Notes under the pieces: model-generated
Told to the model about the DNA's origin: nothing
Database searches by the model: none
The model's input: only the letters and a program-made list of their open reading frames with translations
Assembly (NCBI RefSeq): GCF_009914755.1
Contig: NC_060941.1
Origin: the human T2T-CHM13v2.0 reference genome, Homo sapiens
Direction: 5' to 3' (one strand)
Length of the DNA stretch: 64,000 nt
Made by a program: the position numbers and the translations under genes
Shown here: piece by piece, positions 24,801 to 39,800 of the stretch
How the letters are laid out: each line of letters begins with the position of its first letter
Numbering within the stretch: position 1 is the stretch's first letter

Positions 24801-27800
24801 TTGAACATTCCTATTGATAGAGCAGTTTGGAAACACTCTTGTTGTGGAATGTGCAAGTGGAGATTTGGAGCGCTTTGAGGCCTATGGTAGTAAAGGGAAT
24901 AGCTTCATAGAAAAACTAGACAGAAGCATTCTCAGAAAATACTTTGTGATGATTGAGTTTAACTCACAGAGCTGAACATTCCTTTGGATGGAGCAGGTTT
25001 GAGACACACTTTTTGTAGAATCTACAAGTGGATATTTGGACCTCTCTGAGGATTTCGTTGGAAACGGGATAACTGCACCTAACTAAACGGAAGCATTCTC
25101 AGAAACTTCTTGGTGATGTTTGCATTCAAATGCCAGAGTTGAACCTTCCTTTGATAGTTCAGGTTTGAAACACTCTTTTTGTAGGATCTGCAAGTGGATA
25201 TTTGGACCACTCTGTGGCCTTCGTTCGAAACGGGTATATCTTCGCATAAAATCTAGACAGAAGCCTTCTCAGAAACTTCTCTGTGATGATTGCATTCAAC
25301 TCACAGAGTTGAAGGTTCCTTTTCAAAGAGCAGTTTCCAATCACTCTTTCTGTGGAATCTGCAAGTGGATATTTGGACCTATTTTGAAGATTTCGTTGGA
25401 AACGGGAGAATCTTCACAGGAAAGCTAAACAGAAGCATTCTCAGAAACTTCTTTGTGATGCTTGCATTCAACTCACAGAGTTGAACTTTCCTTTCGAGAG
25501 AGAAGCTTTGAAACACTCTTTTTCCAGAATCTGCAAGTGGACATTTGGAGGGCTTTGAGGCCTGTGGTGGAAAAGGAATTATCTTCCCGTAAAAGCTAGA
25601 TAGAAGCATTCTCAGAAACTACTTTGTGATGATTGCATTCAAGTCACAGAGTTGAACATTCCCTTTGACAGAGCAGTTTGGAAACTCTCTTTGTGTAGAA
25701 TCTGCAAGTGGAGATATGGACCGCTTTGAGGCCTATGGTAGTAAAGGAAATAGCTTCATATAAAAGCTAGACAGTAGCATTCACAGAAAACTCTTGGTGA
25801 CGACTGAGTTTAACTCACAGAGCTGAACATTCCTTTGGATGGAGCAGTTTCGAAACACACTATTTGTAGAATGTGCAAGTGGATATTTGGGCCTCTCTGA
25901 GGATTTCGTTGGAAACGGGATAAACCGCACAGAACTAAACAGAAGCATTCTCAGAACCTTCTTCGTGATGTTTGCATTCAACTCACAGTGTTGAACCTTT
26001 CTTTGATAGTTCAGGTTTGAAACGGTCTTTCTGTAGAAACTGCAAGTAGATATTTGGACCTCTCTGAGGATTTCGTTGGAAACGGGATAACCCGCACAGA
26101 ACTAAAACAGAAGCATTCTCAGAACCCTCTTCGTGATGTTTGCATTCAACTCACAGTGCTGAACCTTTCTTTGATAGTTCAGGTTTGAAACACTCTTTTT
26201 GTAGAAACTGCAAGTGGATATTTGGTCCTCTCTGAGGATTTCGTTGGAAACGGGATAAACTGCACAGAACTAAACAGAAGCATTCTCAGAACCTTCTTCG
26301 TGATGTCTGCATTCAACTCACAGTGTGGAACCTTTCTTTGATAGTTCAGGTTTGAAACACTCTTTCTGTAGAAACTGCAAGGGGATAATTGCACTCTTTG
26401 AGGAGTACCGTAGTAAAGGAAATAACTTCCTATAAAAAGAAGACAGAAGCTTTCTCAGAAAATTCTTTGGGATGATTGAGTTGAACTCACAGAGCTGAGC
26501 ATTCCTTGCGATGTAGCAGTTTAGAAACACACTTTCTGCAGAATCTGCAAGTGCATATTTGGACCTCTGTGAGGAATTCGTTGGAAACGGGATAATTTCA
26601 GCTGACTAAACAGAAGCAGTCTCAGAATCTTCTTTGTGATGTTTGCATTCAAATCCCCGAGTTGAACTTTCCTTTCAAAGTTCACGTTTGAAACACTCTT
26701 TTTGCAGGATCTACAAGTGGATATTTGGACCACTCTGTGTCCTTCGTTCGAAACGGGTATATCTTCACATGACATCTAGACAGAAGCATTCTCAGAAGCT
26801 TCTCTGTGATGACTGCATTCAACTCACGGAGTTGAACACTCCTTTTGAGAGCGCAGTTTTGAAACTCTCTTTCTGTGGCATCTGCAAGGGGACATGTAGA
26901 CCTCTTTGAAGATTTCGTTGGAAACGGAATCATCTTCACATAAAAACTATACAGATGCATTCTCAGGAACTTTTTGGTGATGTTTGTATTCAACTCCCAG
27001 AGTTGAACTTTCCTTTGGAAAGAGCAGCTATGAAACACTCTTTTTCTAGAATCTGCAAGTGGACGTTTGGAGGGCTTTGTGGTTTGTGGTGGAAAAGGAA
27101 ATATCTTCACCTAAATACTAGATAGAAGCATTCTCAGAAACTGCTTTGTGATGATTGCATTCACCTCACAGAGTTGAACATTCCTATTGATAGAGCAGTT
27201 TGGAAACACTCTTGTTGTGGAATGTGCAAGTGGAGATTTGGAGCGCTTTGAGGCCTATGGTAGTAAAGGGAATAGCTTCATAGAAAAACTAGACAGAAGC
27301 ATTCTCAGAAAATACTTTGTGATGATTGAGTTTAACTCACAGAGCTGAACATTCCTTTGGATGGAGCAGGTTTGAGACACACTTTTTGTAGAATCTACAA
27401 GTGGATATTTGGACCTCTCTGAGGATTTCGTTGGAAACGGGATAACTGCACCTAACTAAACGGAAGCATTCTCAGAAACTTCTTGGTGATGTTTGCATTC
27501 AAATCCCAGAGTAGAACCTTCCTTTGATAGTTCAGGTTTGAAACACTCTTTTTGTAGGATCTGCAAGTGGATATTTGGACCACTCTGTGGCCTTCGTTCG
27601 AAACGGGTATATCTTCGCATAAAATCTAGACAGAAGCCTTCTCAGAAACTTCTCTGTGATGATTGCATTCAACTCACAGAGTTGAAGGTTCCTTTTCAAA
27701 GAGCAGTTTCCAATCACTCTTTCTGTGGAATCTGCAAGTGGATATTTGGACCTATTTTGAAGATTTCGTTGGAAACGGGAGAATCTTCACAGGAAAGCTA

Positions 27801-30800
27801 AACAGAAGCATTCTCAGAAACTTCTTTGTGATGCTTGCATTCAACTCACAGAGTTGAACTTTCCTTTCGAGAGAGAAGCTTTGAAACACTCTTTTTCCAG
27901 AATCTGCAAGTGGACATTTGGAGGGCTTTGAGGCCTGTGGTGGAAAAGGAATTATCTTCCCGTAAAAGCTAGATAGAAGCATTCTCAGAAACTACTTTGT
28001 GATGATTGCATTCAAGTCACAGAGTTGAACATTCCCTTTGACAGAGCAGTTTGGAAACTCTCTTTGTGTAGAATCTGCAAGTGGAGATATGGACCGCTTT
28101 GAGGCCTATGGTAGTAAAGGAAATAGCTTCATATAAAAGCTAGACAGTAGCATTCACAGAAAACTCTTGGTGACGACTGAGTTTAACTCACAGAGCTGAA
28201 CATTCCTTTGGATGGAGCAGTTTCGAAACACACTATTTGTAGAATGTGCAAGTGGATATTTGGGCCTCTCTGAGGATTTCGTTGGAAACGGGATAAACCG
28301 CACAGAACTAAACAGAAGCATTCTCAGAACCTTCTTCGTGATGTTTGCATTCAACTCACAGTGTTGAACCTTTCTTTGATAGTTCAGGTTTGAAACGGTC
28401 TTTCTGTAGAAACTGCAAGTAGATATTTGGACCTCTCTGAGGATTTCGTTGGAAACGGGATAACCCGCACAGAACTAAAACAGAAGCATTCTCAGAACCC
28501 TCTTCGTGATGTTTGCATTCAACTCACAGTGCTGAACCTTTCTTTGATAGTTCAGCTTTGAAACACTCTTTTTGTAGAAACTGCAAGTGGATATTTGGTC
28601 CTCTCTGAGGATTTCGTTGGAAACGGGATAAACTGCACAGAACTAAACAGAAGCATTCTCAGAACCTTCTTCGTGATGTCTGCATTCAACTCACAGTGTG
28701 GAACCTTTCTTTGATAGTTCAGGTTTGAAACACTCTTTCTGTAGAAACTGCAAGGGGATAATTGCACTCTTTGAGGAGTACCGTAGTAAAGGAAATAACT
28801 TCCTATAAAAAGAAGACAGAAGCTTTCTCAGAAAATTCTTTGGGATGATTGAGTTGAACTCACAGAGCTGAGCATTCCTTGCGATGTAGCAGTTTAGAAA
28901 CACACTTTCTGCAGAATCTGCAAGTGCATATTTGGACCTCTGTGAGGAATTCGTTGGAAACGGGATAATTTCAGCTGACTAAACAGAAGCAGTCTCAGAA
29001 TCTTCTTTGTGATGTTTGCATTCAAATCCCCGAGTTGAACTTTCCTTTCAAAGTTCACGTTTGAAACACTCTTTTTGCAGGATCTACAAGTGGATATTTG
29101 GACCACTCTGTGTCCTTCGTTCGAAACGGGTATATCTTCACATGACATCTAGACAGAAGCATTCTCAGAAGCTTCTCTGTGATGACTGCATTCAACTCAC
29201 GGAGTTGAACACTCCTTTTGAGAGCGCAGTTTTGGAACTCTCTTTCTGTGGCATCTGCAAGGGGACATGTAGACCTCTTTGAAGATTTCGTTGGAAACGG
29301 AATCATCTTCACATAAAAACTATACAGATGCATTCTCAGGAACTTTTTGGTGATGTTTGTATTCAACTCCCAGAGTTGAACTTTCCTTTGGAAAGAGCAG
29401 CTATGAAACACTCTTTTTCTAGAATCTGCAAGTGGACGTTTGGAGGGCTTTGTGGTTTGTGGTGGAAAAGGAAATATCTTCACCTAAATACTAGATAGAA
29501 GCATTCTCAGAAACTGCTTTGTGATGATTGCATTCACCTCACAGAGTTGAACATTCCTATTGATAGAGCAGTTTGGAAACACTCTTGTTGTGGAATGTGC
29601 AAGTGGAGATTTGGAGCGCTTTGAGGCCTATGGTAGTAAAGGGAATAGCTTCATAGAAAAACTAGACAGAAGCATTCTCAGAAAATACTTTGTGATGATT
29701 GAGTTTAACTCACAGAGCTGAACATTCCTTTGGATGGAGCAGGTTTGAGACACACTTTTTGTAGAATCTACAAGTGGATATTTGGACCTCTCTGAGGATT
29801 TCGTTGGAAACGGGATAACTGCACCTAACTAAACGGAAGCATTCTCAGAAACTTCTTGGTGATGTTTGCATTCAAATCCCAGAGTAGAACCTTCCTTTGA
29901 TAGTTCAGGTTTGAAACACTCTTTTTGTAGGATCTGCAAGTGGATATTTGGACCACTCTGTGGCCTTCGTTCGAAACGGGTATATCTTCGCATAAAATCT
30001 AGACAGAAGCCTTCTCAGAAACTTCTCTGTGATGATTGCATTCAACTCACAGAGTTGAAGGTTCCTTTTCAAAGAGCAGTTTCCAATCACTCTTTCTGTG
30101 GAATCTGCAAGTGGATATTTGGACCTATTTTGAAGATTTCGTTGGAAACGGGAGAATCTTCACAGGAAAGCTAAACAGAAGCATTCTCAGAAACTTCTTT
30201 GTGATGCTTGCATTCAACTCACAGAGTTGAACTTTCCTTTCGAGAGAGAAGCTTTGAAACACTCTTTTTCCAGAATCTGCAAGTGGACATTTGGAGGGCT
30301 TTGAGGCCTGTGGTGGAAAAGGAATTATCTTCCCGTAAAAGCTAGATAGAAGCATTCTCAGAAACTACTTTGTGATGATTGCATTCAAGTCACAGAGTTG
30401 AACATTCCCTTTGACAGAGCAGTTTGGAAACTCTCTTTGTGTAGAATCTGCAAGTGGAGATATGGACCGCTTTGAGGCCTATGGTAGTAAAGGAAATAGC
30501 TTCATATAAAAGCTAGACAGTAGCATTCACAGAAAACTCTTGGTGACGACTGAGTTTAACTCACAGAGCTGAACATTCCTTTGGATGGAGCAGTTTCGAA
30601 ACACACTATTTGTAGAATGTGCAAGTGGATATTTGGGCCTCTCTGAGGATTTCGTTGGAAACGGGATAAACCGCACAGAACTAAACAGAAGCATTCTCAG
30701 AACCTTCTTCGTGATGTTTGCATTCAACTCACAGTGTTGAACCTTTCTTTGATAGTTCAGGTTTGAAACGGTCTTTCTGTAGAAACTGCAAGTAGATATT

Positions 30801-33800
30801 TGGACCTCACTGAGGATTTCGTTGGAAACGGGATAACCCGCACAGAACTAAAACAGAAGCATTCTCAGAACCCTCTTCGTGATGTTTGCATTCAACTCAC
30901 AGTGCTGAACCTTTCTTTGATAGTTCAGCTTTGAAACACTCTTTTTGTAGAAACTGCAAGTGGATATTTGGTCCTCTCTGAGGATTTCGTTGGAAACGGG
31001 ATAAACTGCACAGAACTAAACAGAAGCATTCTCAGAACCTTCTTCGTGATGTCTGCATTCAACTCACAGTGTGGAACCTTTCTTTGATAGTTCAGGTTTG
31101 AAACACTCTTTCTGTAGAAACTGCAAGGGGATAATTGCACTCTTTGAGGAGTACCGTAGTAAAGGAAATAACTTCCTATAAAAAGAAGACAGAAGCTTTC
31201 TCAGAAAATTCTTTGGGATGATTGAGTTGAACTCACAGAGCTGAGCATTCCTTGCGATGTAGCAGTTTAGAAACACACTTTCTGCAGAATCTGCAAGTGC
31301 ATATTTGGACCTCTGTGAGGAATTCGTTGGAAACGGGATAATTTCAGCTGACTAAACAGAAGCAGTCTCAGAATCTTCTTTGTGATGTTTGCATTCAAAT
31401 CCCCGAGTTGAACTTTCCTTTCAAAGTTCACGTTTGAAACACTCTTTTTGCAGGATCTACAAGTGGATATTTGGACCACTCTGTGTCCTTCGTTCGAAAC
31501 GGGTATATCTTCACATGACATCTAGACAGAAGCATTCTCAGAAGCTTCTCTGTGATGACTGCATTCAACTCACGGAGTTGAACACTCCTTTTGAGAGCGC
31601 AGTTTTGAAACTCTCTTTCTGTGGCATCTGCAAGGGGACATGTAGACCTCTTTGAAGATTTCGTTGGAAACGGAATCATCTTCACATAAAAACTATACAG
31701 ATGCATTCTCAGGAACTTTTTGGTGATGTTTGTATTCAACTCCCAGAGTTGAACTTTCCTTTGGAAAGAGCAGCTATGAAACACTCTTTTTCTAGAATCT
31801 GCAAGTGGACGTTTGGAGGGCTTTGTGGTTTGTGGTGGAAAAGGAAATATCTTCACCTAAATACTAGATAGAAGCATTCTCAGAAACTGCTTTGTGATGA
31901 TTGCATTCACCTCACAGAGTTGAACATTCCTATTGATAGAGCAGTTTGGAAACACTCTTGTTGTGGAATGTGCAAGTGGAGATTTGGAGCGCTTTGAGGC
32001 CTATGGTAGTAAAGGGAATAGCTTCATAGAAAAACTAGACAGAAGCATTCTCAGAAAATACTTTGTGATGATTGAGTTTAACTCACAGAGCTGAACATTC
32101 CTTTGGATGGAGCAGGTTTGAGACACACTTTTTGTAGAATCTACAAGTGGATATTTGGACCTCTCTGAGGATTTCGTTGGAAACGGGATAACTGCACCTA
32201 ACTAAACGGAAGCATTCTCAGAAACTTCTTGGTGATGTTTGCATTCAAATCCCAGAGTAGAACCTTCCTTTGATAGTTCAGGTTTGAAACACTCTTTTTG
32301 TAGGATCTGCAAGTGGATATTTGGACCACTCTGTGGCCTTCGTTCGAAACGGGTATATCTTCGCATAAAATCTAGACAGAAGCCTTCTCAGAAACTTCTC
32401 TGTGATGATTGCATTCAACTCACAGAGTTGAAGGTTCCTTTTCAAAGAGCAGTTTCCAATCACTCTTTCTGTGGAATCTGCAAGTGGATATTTGGACCTA
32501 TTTTGAAGATTTCGATGGAAACGGGAGAATCTTCACAGGAAAGCTAAACAGAAGCATTCTCAGAAACTTCTTTGTGATGCTTGCATTCAACTCACAGAGT
32601 TGAACTTTCCTTTCGAGAGAGAAGCTTTGAAACACTCTTTTTCCAGAATCTGCAAGTGGACATTTGGAGGGCTTTGAGGCCTGTGGTGGAAAAGGAATTA
32701 TCTTCCCGTAAAAGCTAGATAGAAGCATTCTCAGAAACTACTTTGTGATGATTGCATTCAAGTCACAGAGTTGAACATTCCCTTTGACAGAGCAGTTTGG
32801 AAACTCTCTTTGTGTAGAATCTGCAAGTGGAGATATGGACCGCTTTGAGGCCTATGGTAGTAAAGGAAATAGCTTCATATAAAAGCTAGACAGTAGCATT
32901 CACAGAAAACTCTTGGTGACGACTGAGTTTAACTCACAGAGCTGAACATTCCTTTGGATGGAGCAGTTTCGAAACACACTATTTGTAGAATGTGCAAGTG
33001 GATATTTGGGCCTCTCTGAGGATTTCGTTGGAAACGGGATAAACCGCACAGAACTAAACAGAAGCATTCTCAGAACCTTCTTCGTGATGTTTGCATTCAA
33101 CTCACAGTGTTGAACCTTTCTTTGATAGTTCAGGTTTGAAACGGTCTTTCTGTAGAAACTGCAAGTAGATATTTGGACCTCTCTGAGGATTTCGTTGGAA
33201 ACGGGATAACCCGCACAGAACTAAAACAGAAGCATTCTCAGAACCCTCTTCGTGATGTTTGCATTCAACTCACAGTGCTGAACCTTTCTTTGATAGTTCA
33301 GCTTTGAAACACTCTTTTTGTAGAAACTGCAAGTGGATATTTGGTCCTCTCTGAGGATTTCGTTGGAAACGGGATAAACTGCACAGAACTAAACAGAAGC
33401 ATTCTCAGAACCTTCTTCGTGATGTCTGCATTCAACTCACAGTGTGGAACCTTTCTTTGATAGTTCAGGTTTGAAACACTCTTTCTGTAGAAACTGCAAG
33501 GGGATAATTGCACTCTTTGAGGAGTACCGTAGTAAAGGAAATAACTTCCTATAAAAAGAAGACAGAAGCTTTCTCAGAAAATTCTTTGGGATGATTGAGT
33601 TGAACTCACAGAGCTGAGCATTCCTTGCGATGTAGCAGTTTAGAAACACACTTTCTGCAGAATCTGCAAGTGCATATTTGGACCTCTGTGAGGAATTCGT
33701 TGGAAACGGGATAATTTCAGCTGACTAAACAGAAGCAGTCTCAGAATCTTCTTTGTGATGTTTGCATTCAAATCCCCGAGTTGAACTTTCCTTTCAAAGT

Positions 33801-36800
33801 TCACGTTTGAAACACTCTTTTTGCAGGATCTACAAGTGGATATTTGGACCACTCTGTGTCCTTCGTTCGAAACGGGTATATCTTCACATGACATCTAGAC
33901 AGAAGCATTCTCAGAAGCTTCTCTGTGATGACTGCATTCAACTCACGGAGTTGAACACTCCTTTTGAGAGCGCAGTTTTGAAACTCTCTTTCTGTGGCAT
34001 CTGCAAGGGGACATGTAGACCTCTTTGAAGATTTCGTTGGAAACGGAATCATCTTCACATAAAAACTATACAGATGCATTCTCAGGAACTTTTTGGTGAT
34101 GTTTGTATTCAACTCCCAGAGTTGAACTTTCCTTTGGAAAGAGCAGCTATGAAACACTCTTTTTCTAGAATCTGCAAGTGGACGTTTGGAGGGCTTTGTG
34201 GTTTGTGGTGGAAAAGGAAATATCTTCACCTAAATACTAGATAGAAGCATTCTCAGAAACTGCTTTGTGATGATTGCATTCACCTCACAGAGTTGAACAT
34301 TCCTATTGATAGAGCAGTTTGGAAACACTCTTGTTGTGGAATGTGCAAGTGGAGATTTGGAGCGCTTTGAGGCCTATGGTAGTAAAGGGAATAGCTTCAT
34401 AGAAAAACTAGACAGAAGCATTCTCAGAAAATACTTTGTGATGATTGAGTTTAACTCACAGAGCTGAACATTCCTTTGGATGGAGCAGGTTTGAGACACA
34501 CTTTTTGTAGAATCTACAAGTGGATATTTGGACCTCTCTGAGGATTTCGTTGGAAACGGGATAACTGCACCTAACTAAACGGAAGCATTCTCAGAAACTT
34601 CTTGGTGATGTTTGCATTCAAATCCCAGAGTAGAACCTTCCTTTGATAGTTCAGGTTTGAAACACTCTTTTTGTAGGATCTGCAAGTGGATATTTGGACC
34701 ACTCTGTGGCCTTCGTTCGAAACGGGTATATCTTCGCATAAAATCTAGACAGAAGCCTTCTCAGAAACTTCTCTGTGATGATTGCATTCAACTCACAGAG
34801 TTGAAGGTTCCTTTTCAAAGAGCAGTTTCCAATCACTCTTTCTGTGGAATCTGCAAGTGGATATTTGGACCTATTTTGAAGATTTCGTTGGAAACGGGAG
34901 AATCTTCACAGGAAAGCTAAACAGAAGCATTCTCAGAAACTTCTTTGTGATGCTTGCATTCAACTCACAGAGTTGAACTTTCCTTTCGAGAGAGAAGCTT
35001 TGAAACACTCTTTTTCCAGAATCTGCAAGTGGACATTTGGAGGGCTTTGAGGCCTGTGGTGGAAAAGGAATTATCTTCCCGTAAAAGCTAGATAGAAGCA
35101 TTCTCAGAAACTACTTTGTGATGATTGCATTCAAGTCACAGAGTTGAACATTCCCTTTGACAGAGCAGTTTGGAAACTCTCTTTGTGTAGAATCTGCAAG
35201 TGGAGATATGGACCGCTTTGAGGCCTATGGTAGTAAAGGAAATAGCTTCATATAAAAGCTAGACAGTAGCATTCACAGAAAACTCTTGGTGACGACTGAG
35301 TTTAACTCACAGAGCTGAACATTCCTTTGGATGGAGCAGTTTCGAAACACACTATTTGTAGAATGTGCAAGTGGATATTTGGGCCTCTCTGAGGATTTCG
35401 TTGGAAACGGGATAAACCGCACAGAACTAAACAGAAGCATTCTCAGAACCTTCTTCGTGATGTTTGCATTCAACTCACAGTGTTGAACCTTTCTTTGATA
35501 GTTCAGGTTTGAAACGGTCTTTCTGTAGAAACTGCAAGTAGATATTTGGACCTCTCTGAGGATTTCGTTGGAAACGGGATAACCCGCACAGAACTAAAAC
35601 AGAAGCATTCTCAGAACCCTCTTCGTGATGTTTGCATTCAACTCACAGTGCTGAACCTTTCTTTGATAGTTCAGCTTTGAAACACTCTTTTTGTAGAAAC
35701 TGCAAGTGGATATTTGGTCCTCTCTGAGCATTTCGTTGGAAACGGGATAAACTGCACAGAACTAAACAGAAGCATTCTCAGAACCTTCTTCGTGATGTCT
35801 GCATTCAACTCACAGTGTGGAACCTTTCTTTGATAGTTCAGGTTTGAAACACTCTTTCTGTAGAAACTGCAAGGGGATAATTGCACTCTTTGAGGAGTAC
35901 CGTAGTAAAGGAAATAACTTCCTATAAAAAGAAGACAGAAGCTTTCTCAGAAAATTCTTTGGGATGATTGAGTTGAACTCACAGAGCTGAGCATTCCTTG
36001 CGATGTAGCAGTTTAGAAACACACTTTCTGCAGAATCTGCAAGTGCATATTTGGACCTCTGTGAGGAATTCGTTGGAAACGGGATAATTTCAGCTGACTA
36101 AACAGAAGCAGTCTCAGAATCTTCTTTGTGATGTTTGCATTCAAATCCCCGAGTTGAACTTTCCTTTCAAAGTTCACGTTTGAAACACTCTTTTTGCAGG
36201 ATCTACAAGTGGATATTTGGACCACTCTGTGTCCTTCGTTCGAAACGGGTATATCTTCACATGACATCTAGACAGAAGCATTCTCAGAAGCTTCTCTGTG
36301 ATGACTGCATTCAACTCACGGAGTTGAACACTCCTTTTGAGAGCGCAGTTTTGAAACTCTCTTTCTGTGGCATCTGCAAGGGGACATGTAGACCTCTTTG
36401 AAGATTTCGTTGGAAACGGAATCATCTTCACATAAAAACTATACAGATGCATTCTCAGGAACTTTTTGGTGATGTTTGTATTCAACTCCCAGAGTTGAAC
36501 TTTCCTTTGGAAAGAGCAGCTATGAAACACTCTTTTTCTAGAATCTGCAAGTGGACGTTTGGAGGGCTTTGTGGTTTGTGGTGGAAAAGGAAATATCTTC
36601 ACCTAAATACTAGATAGAAGCATTCTCAGAAACTGCTTTGTGATGATTGCATTCACCTCACAGAGTTGAACATTCCTATTGATAGAGCAGTTTGGAAACA
36701 CTCTTGTTGTGGAATGTGCAAGTGGAGATTTGGAGCGCTTTGAGGCCTATGGTAGTAAAGGGAATAGCTTCATAGAAAAACTAGACAGAAGCATTCTCAG

Positions 36801-39800
36801 AAAATACTTTGTGATGATTGAGTTTAACTCACAGAGCTGAACATTCCTTTGGATGGAGCAGGTTTGAGACACACTTTTTGTAGAATCTACAAGTGGATAT
36901 TTGGACCTCTCTGAGGATTTCGTTGGAAACGGGATAACTGCACCTAACTAAACGGAAGCATTCTCAGAAACTTCTTGGTGATGTTTGCATTCAAATCCCA
37001 GAGTAGAACCTTCCTTTGATAGTTCAGGTTTGAAACACTCTTTTTGTAGGATCTGCAAGTGGATATTTGGACCACTCTGTGGCCTTCGTTCGAAACGGGT
37101 ATATCTTCGCATAAAATCTAGACAGAAGCCTTCTCAGAAACTTCTCTGTGATGATTGCATTCAACTCACAGAGTTGAAGGTTCCTTTTCAAAGAGCAGTT
37201 TCCAATCACTCTTTCTGTGGAATCTGCAAGTGGATATTTGGACCTATTTTGAAGATTTCGTTGGAAACGGGAGAATCTTCACAGGAAAGCTAAACAGAAG
37301 CATTCTCAGAAACTTCTTTGTGATGCTTGCATTCAACTCACAGAGTTGAACTTTCCTTTCGAGAGAGAAGCTTTGAAACACTCTTTTTCCAGAATCTGCA
37401 AGTGGACATTTGGAGGGCTTTGAGGCCTGTGGTGGAAAAGGAATTATCTTCCCGTAAAAGCTAGATAGAAGCATTCTCAGAAACTACTTTGTGATGATTG
37501 CATTCAAGTCACAGAGTTGAACATTCCCTTTGACAGAGCAGTTTGGAAACTCTCTTTGTGTAGAATCTGCAAGTGGAGATATGGACCGCTTTGAGGCCTA
37601 TGGTAGTAAAGGAAATAGCTTCATATAAAAGCTAGACAGTAGCATTCACAGAAAACTCTTGGTGACGACTGAGTTTAACTCACAGAGCTGAACATTCCTT
37701 TGGATGGAGCAGTTTCGAAACACACTATTTGTAGAATGTGCAAGTGGATATTTGGGCCTCTCTGAGGATTTCGTTGGAAACGGGATAAACCGCACAGAAC
37801 TAAACAGAAGCATTCTCAGAACCTTCTTCGTGATGTTTGCATTCAACTCACAGTGTTGAACCTTTCTTTGATAGTTCAGGTTTGAAACGGTCTTTCTGTA
37901 GAAACTGCAAGTAGATATTTGGACCTCTCTGAGGATTTCGTTGGAAACGGGATAACCCGCACAGAACTAAAACAGAAGCATTCTCAGAACCCTCTTCGTG
38001 ATGTTTGCATTCAACTCACAGTGCTGAACCTTTCTTTGATAGTTCAGCTTTGAAACACTCTTTTTGTAGAAACTGCAAGTGGATATTTGGTCCTCTCTGA
38101 GGATTTCGTTGGAAACGGGATAAACTGCACAGAACTAAACAGAAGCATTCTCAGAACCTTCTTCGTGATGTCTGCATTCAACTCACAGTGTGGAACCTTT
38201 CTTTGATAGTTCAGGTTTGAAACACTCTTTCTGTAGAAACTGCAAGGGGATAATTGCACTCTTTGAGGAGTACCGTAGTAAAGGAAATAACTTCCTATAA
38301 AAAGAAGACAGAAGCTTTCTCAGAAAATTCTTTGGGATGATTGAGTTGAACTCACAGAGCTGAGCATTCCTTGCGATGTAGCAGTTTAGAAACACACTTT
38401 CTGCAGAATCTGCAAGTGCATATTTGGACCTCTGTGAGGAATTCGTTGGAAACGGGATAATTTCAGCTGACTAAACAGAAGCAGTCTCAGAATCTTCTTT
38501 GTGATGTTTGCATTCAAATCCCCGAGTTGAACTTTCCTTTCAAAGTTCACGTTTGAAACACTCTTTTTGCAGGATCTACAAGTGGATATTTGGACCACTC
38601 TGTGTCCTTCGTTCGAAACGGGTATATCTTCACATGACATCTAGACAGAAGCATTCTCAGAAGCTTCTCTGTGATGACTGCATTCAACTCACGGAGTTGA
38701 ACACTCCTTTTGAGAGCGCAGTTTTGAAACTCTCTTTCTGTGGCATCTGCAAGGGGACATGTAGACCTCTTTGAAGATTTCGTTGGAAACGGAATCATCT
38801 TCACATAAAAACTATACAGATGCATTCTCAGGAACTTTTTGGTGATGTTTGTATTCAACTCCCAGAGTTGAACTTTCCTTTGGAAAGAGCAGCTATGAAA
38901 CACTCTTTTTCTAGAATCTGCAAGTGGACGTTTGGAGGGCTTTGTGGTTTGTGGTGGAAAAGGAAATATCTTCACCTAAATACTAGATAGAAGCATTCTC
39001 AGAAACTGCTTTGTGATGATTGCATTCACCTCACAGAGTTGAACATTCCTATTGATAGAGCAGTTTGGAAACACTCTTGTTGTGGAATGTGCAAGTGGAG
39101 ATTTGGAGCGCTTTGAGGCCTATGGTAGTAAAGGGAATAGCTTCATAGAAAAACTAGACAGAAGCATTCTCAGAAAATACTTTGTGATGATTGAGTTTAA
39201 CTCACAGAGCTGAACATTCCTTTGGATGGAGCAGGTTTGAGACACACTTTTTGTAGAATCTACAAGTGGATATTTGGACCTCTCTGAGGATTTCGTTGGA
39301 AACGGGATAACTGCACCTAACTAAACGGAAGCATTCTCAGAAACTTCTTGGTGATGTTTGCATTCAAATCCCAGAGTAGAACCTTCCTTTGATAGTTCAG
39401 GTTTGAAACACTCTTTTTGTAGGATCTGCAAGTGGATATTTGGACCACTCTGTGGCCTTCGTTCGAAACGGGTATATCTTCGCATAAAATCTAGACAGAA
39501 GCCTTCTCAGAAACTTCTCTGTGATGATTGCATTCAACTCAGAGAGTTGAAGGTTCCTTTTCAAAGAGCAGTTTCCAATCACTCTTTCTGTGGAATCTGC
39601 AAGTGGATATTTGGACCTATTTTGAAGATTTCGTTGGAAACGGGAGAATATTCACAGGAAAGCTAAACAGAAGCATTCTCAGAAACTTCTTTGTGATGCT
39701 TGCATTCAACTCACAGAGTTGAACTTTCCTTTCGAGAGAGAAGCTTTGAAACACTCTTTTTCCAGAATCTGCAAGTGGACATTTGGAGGGCTTTGAGGCC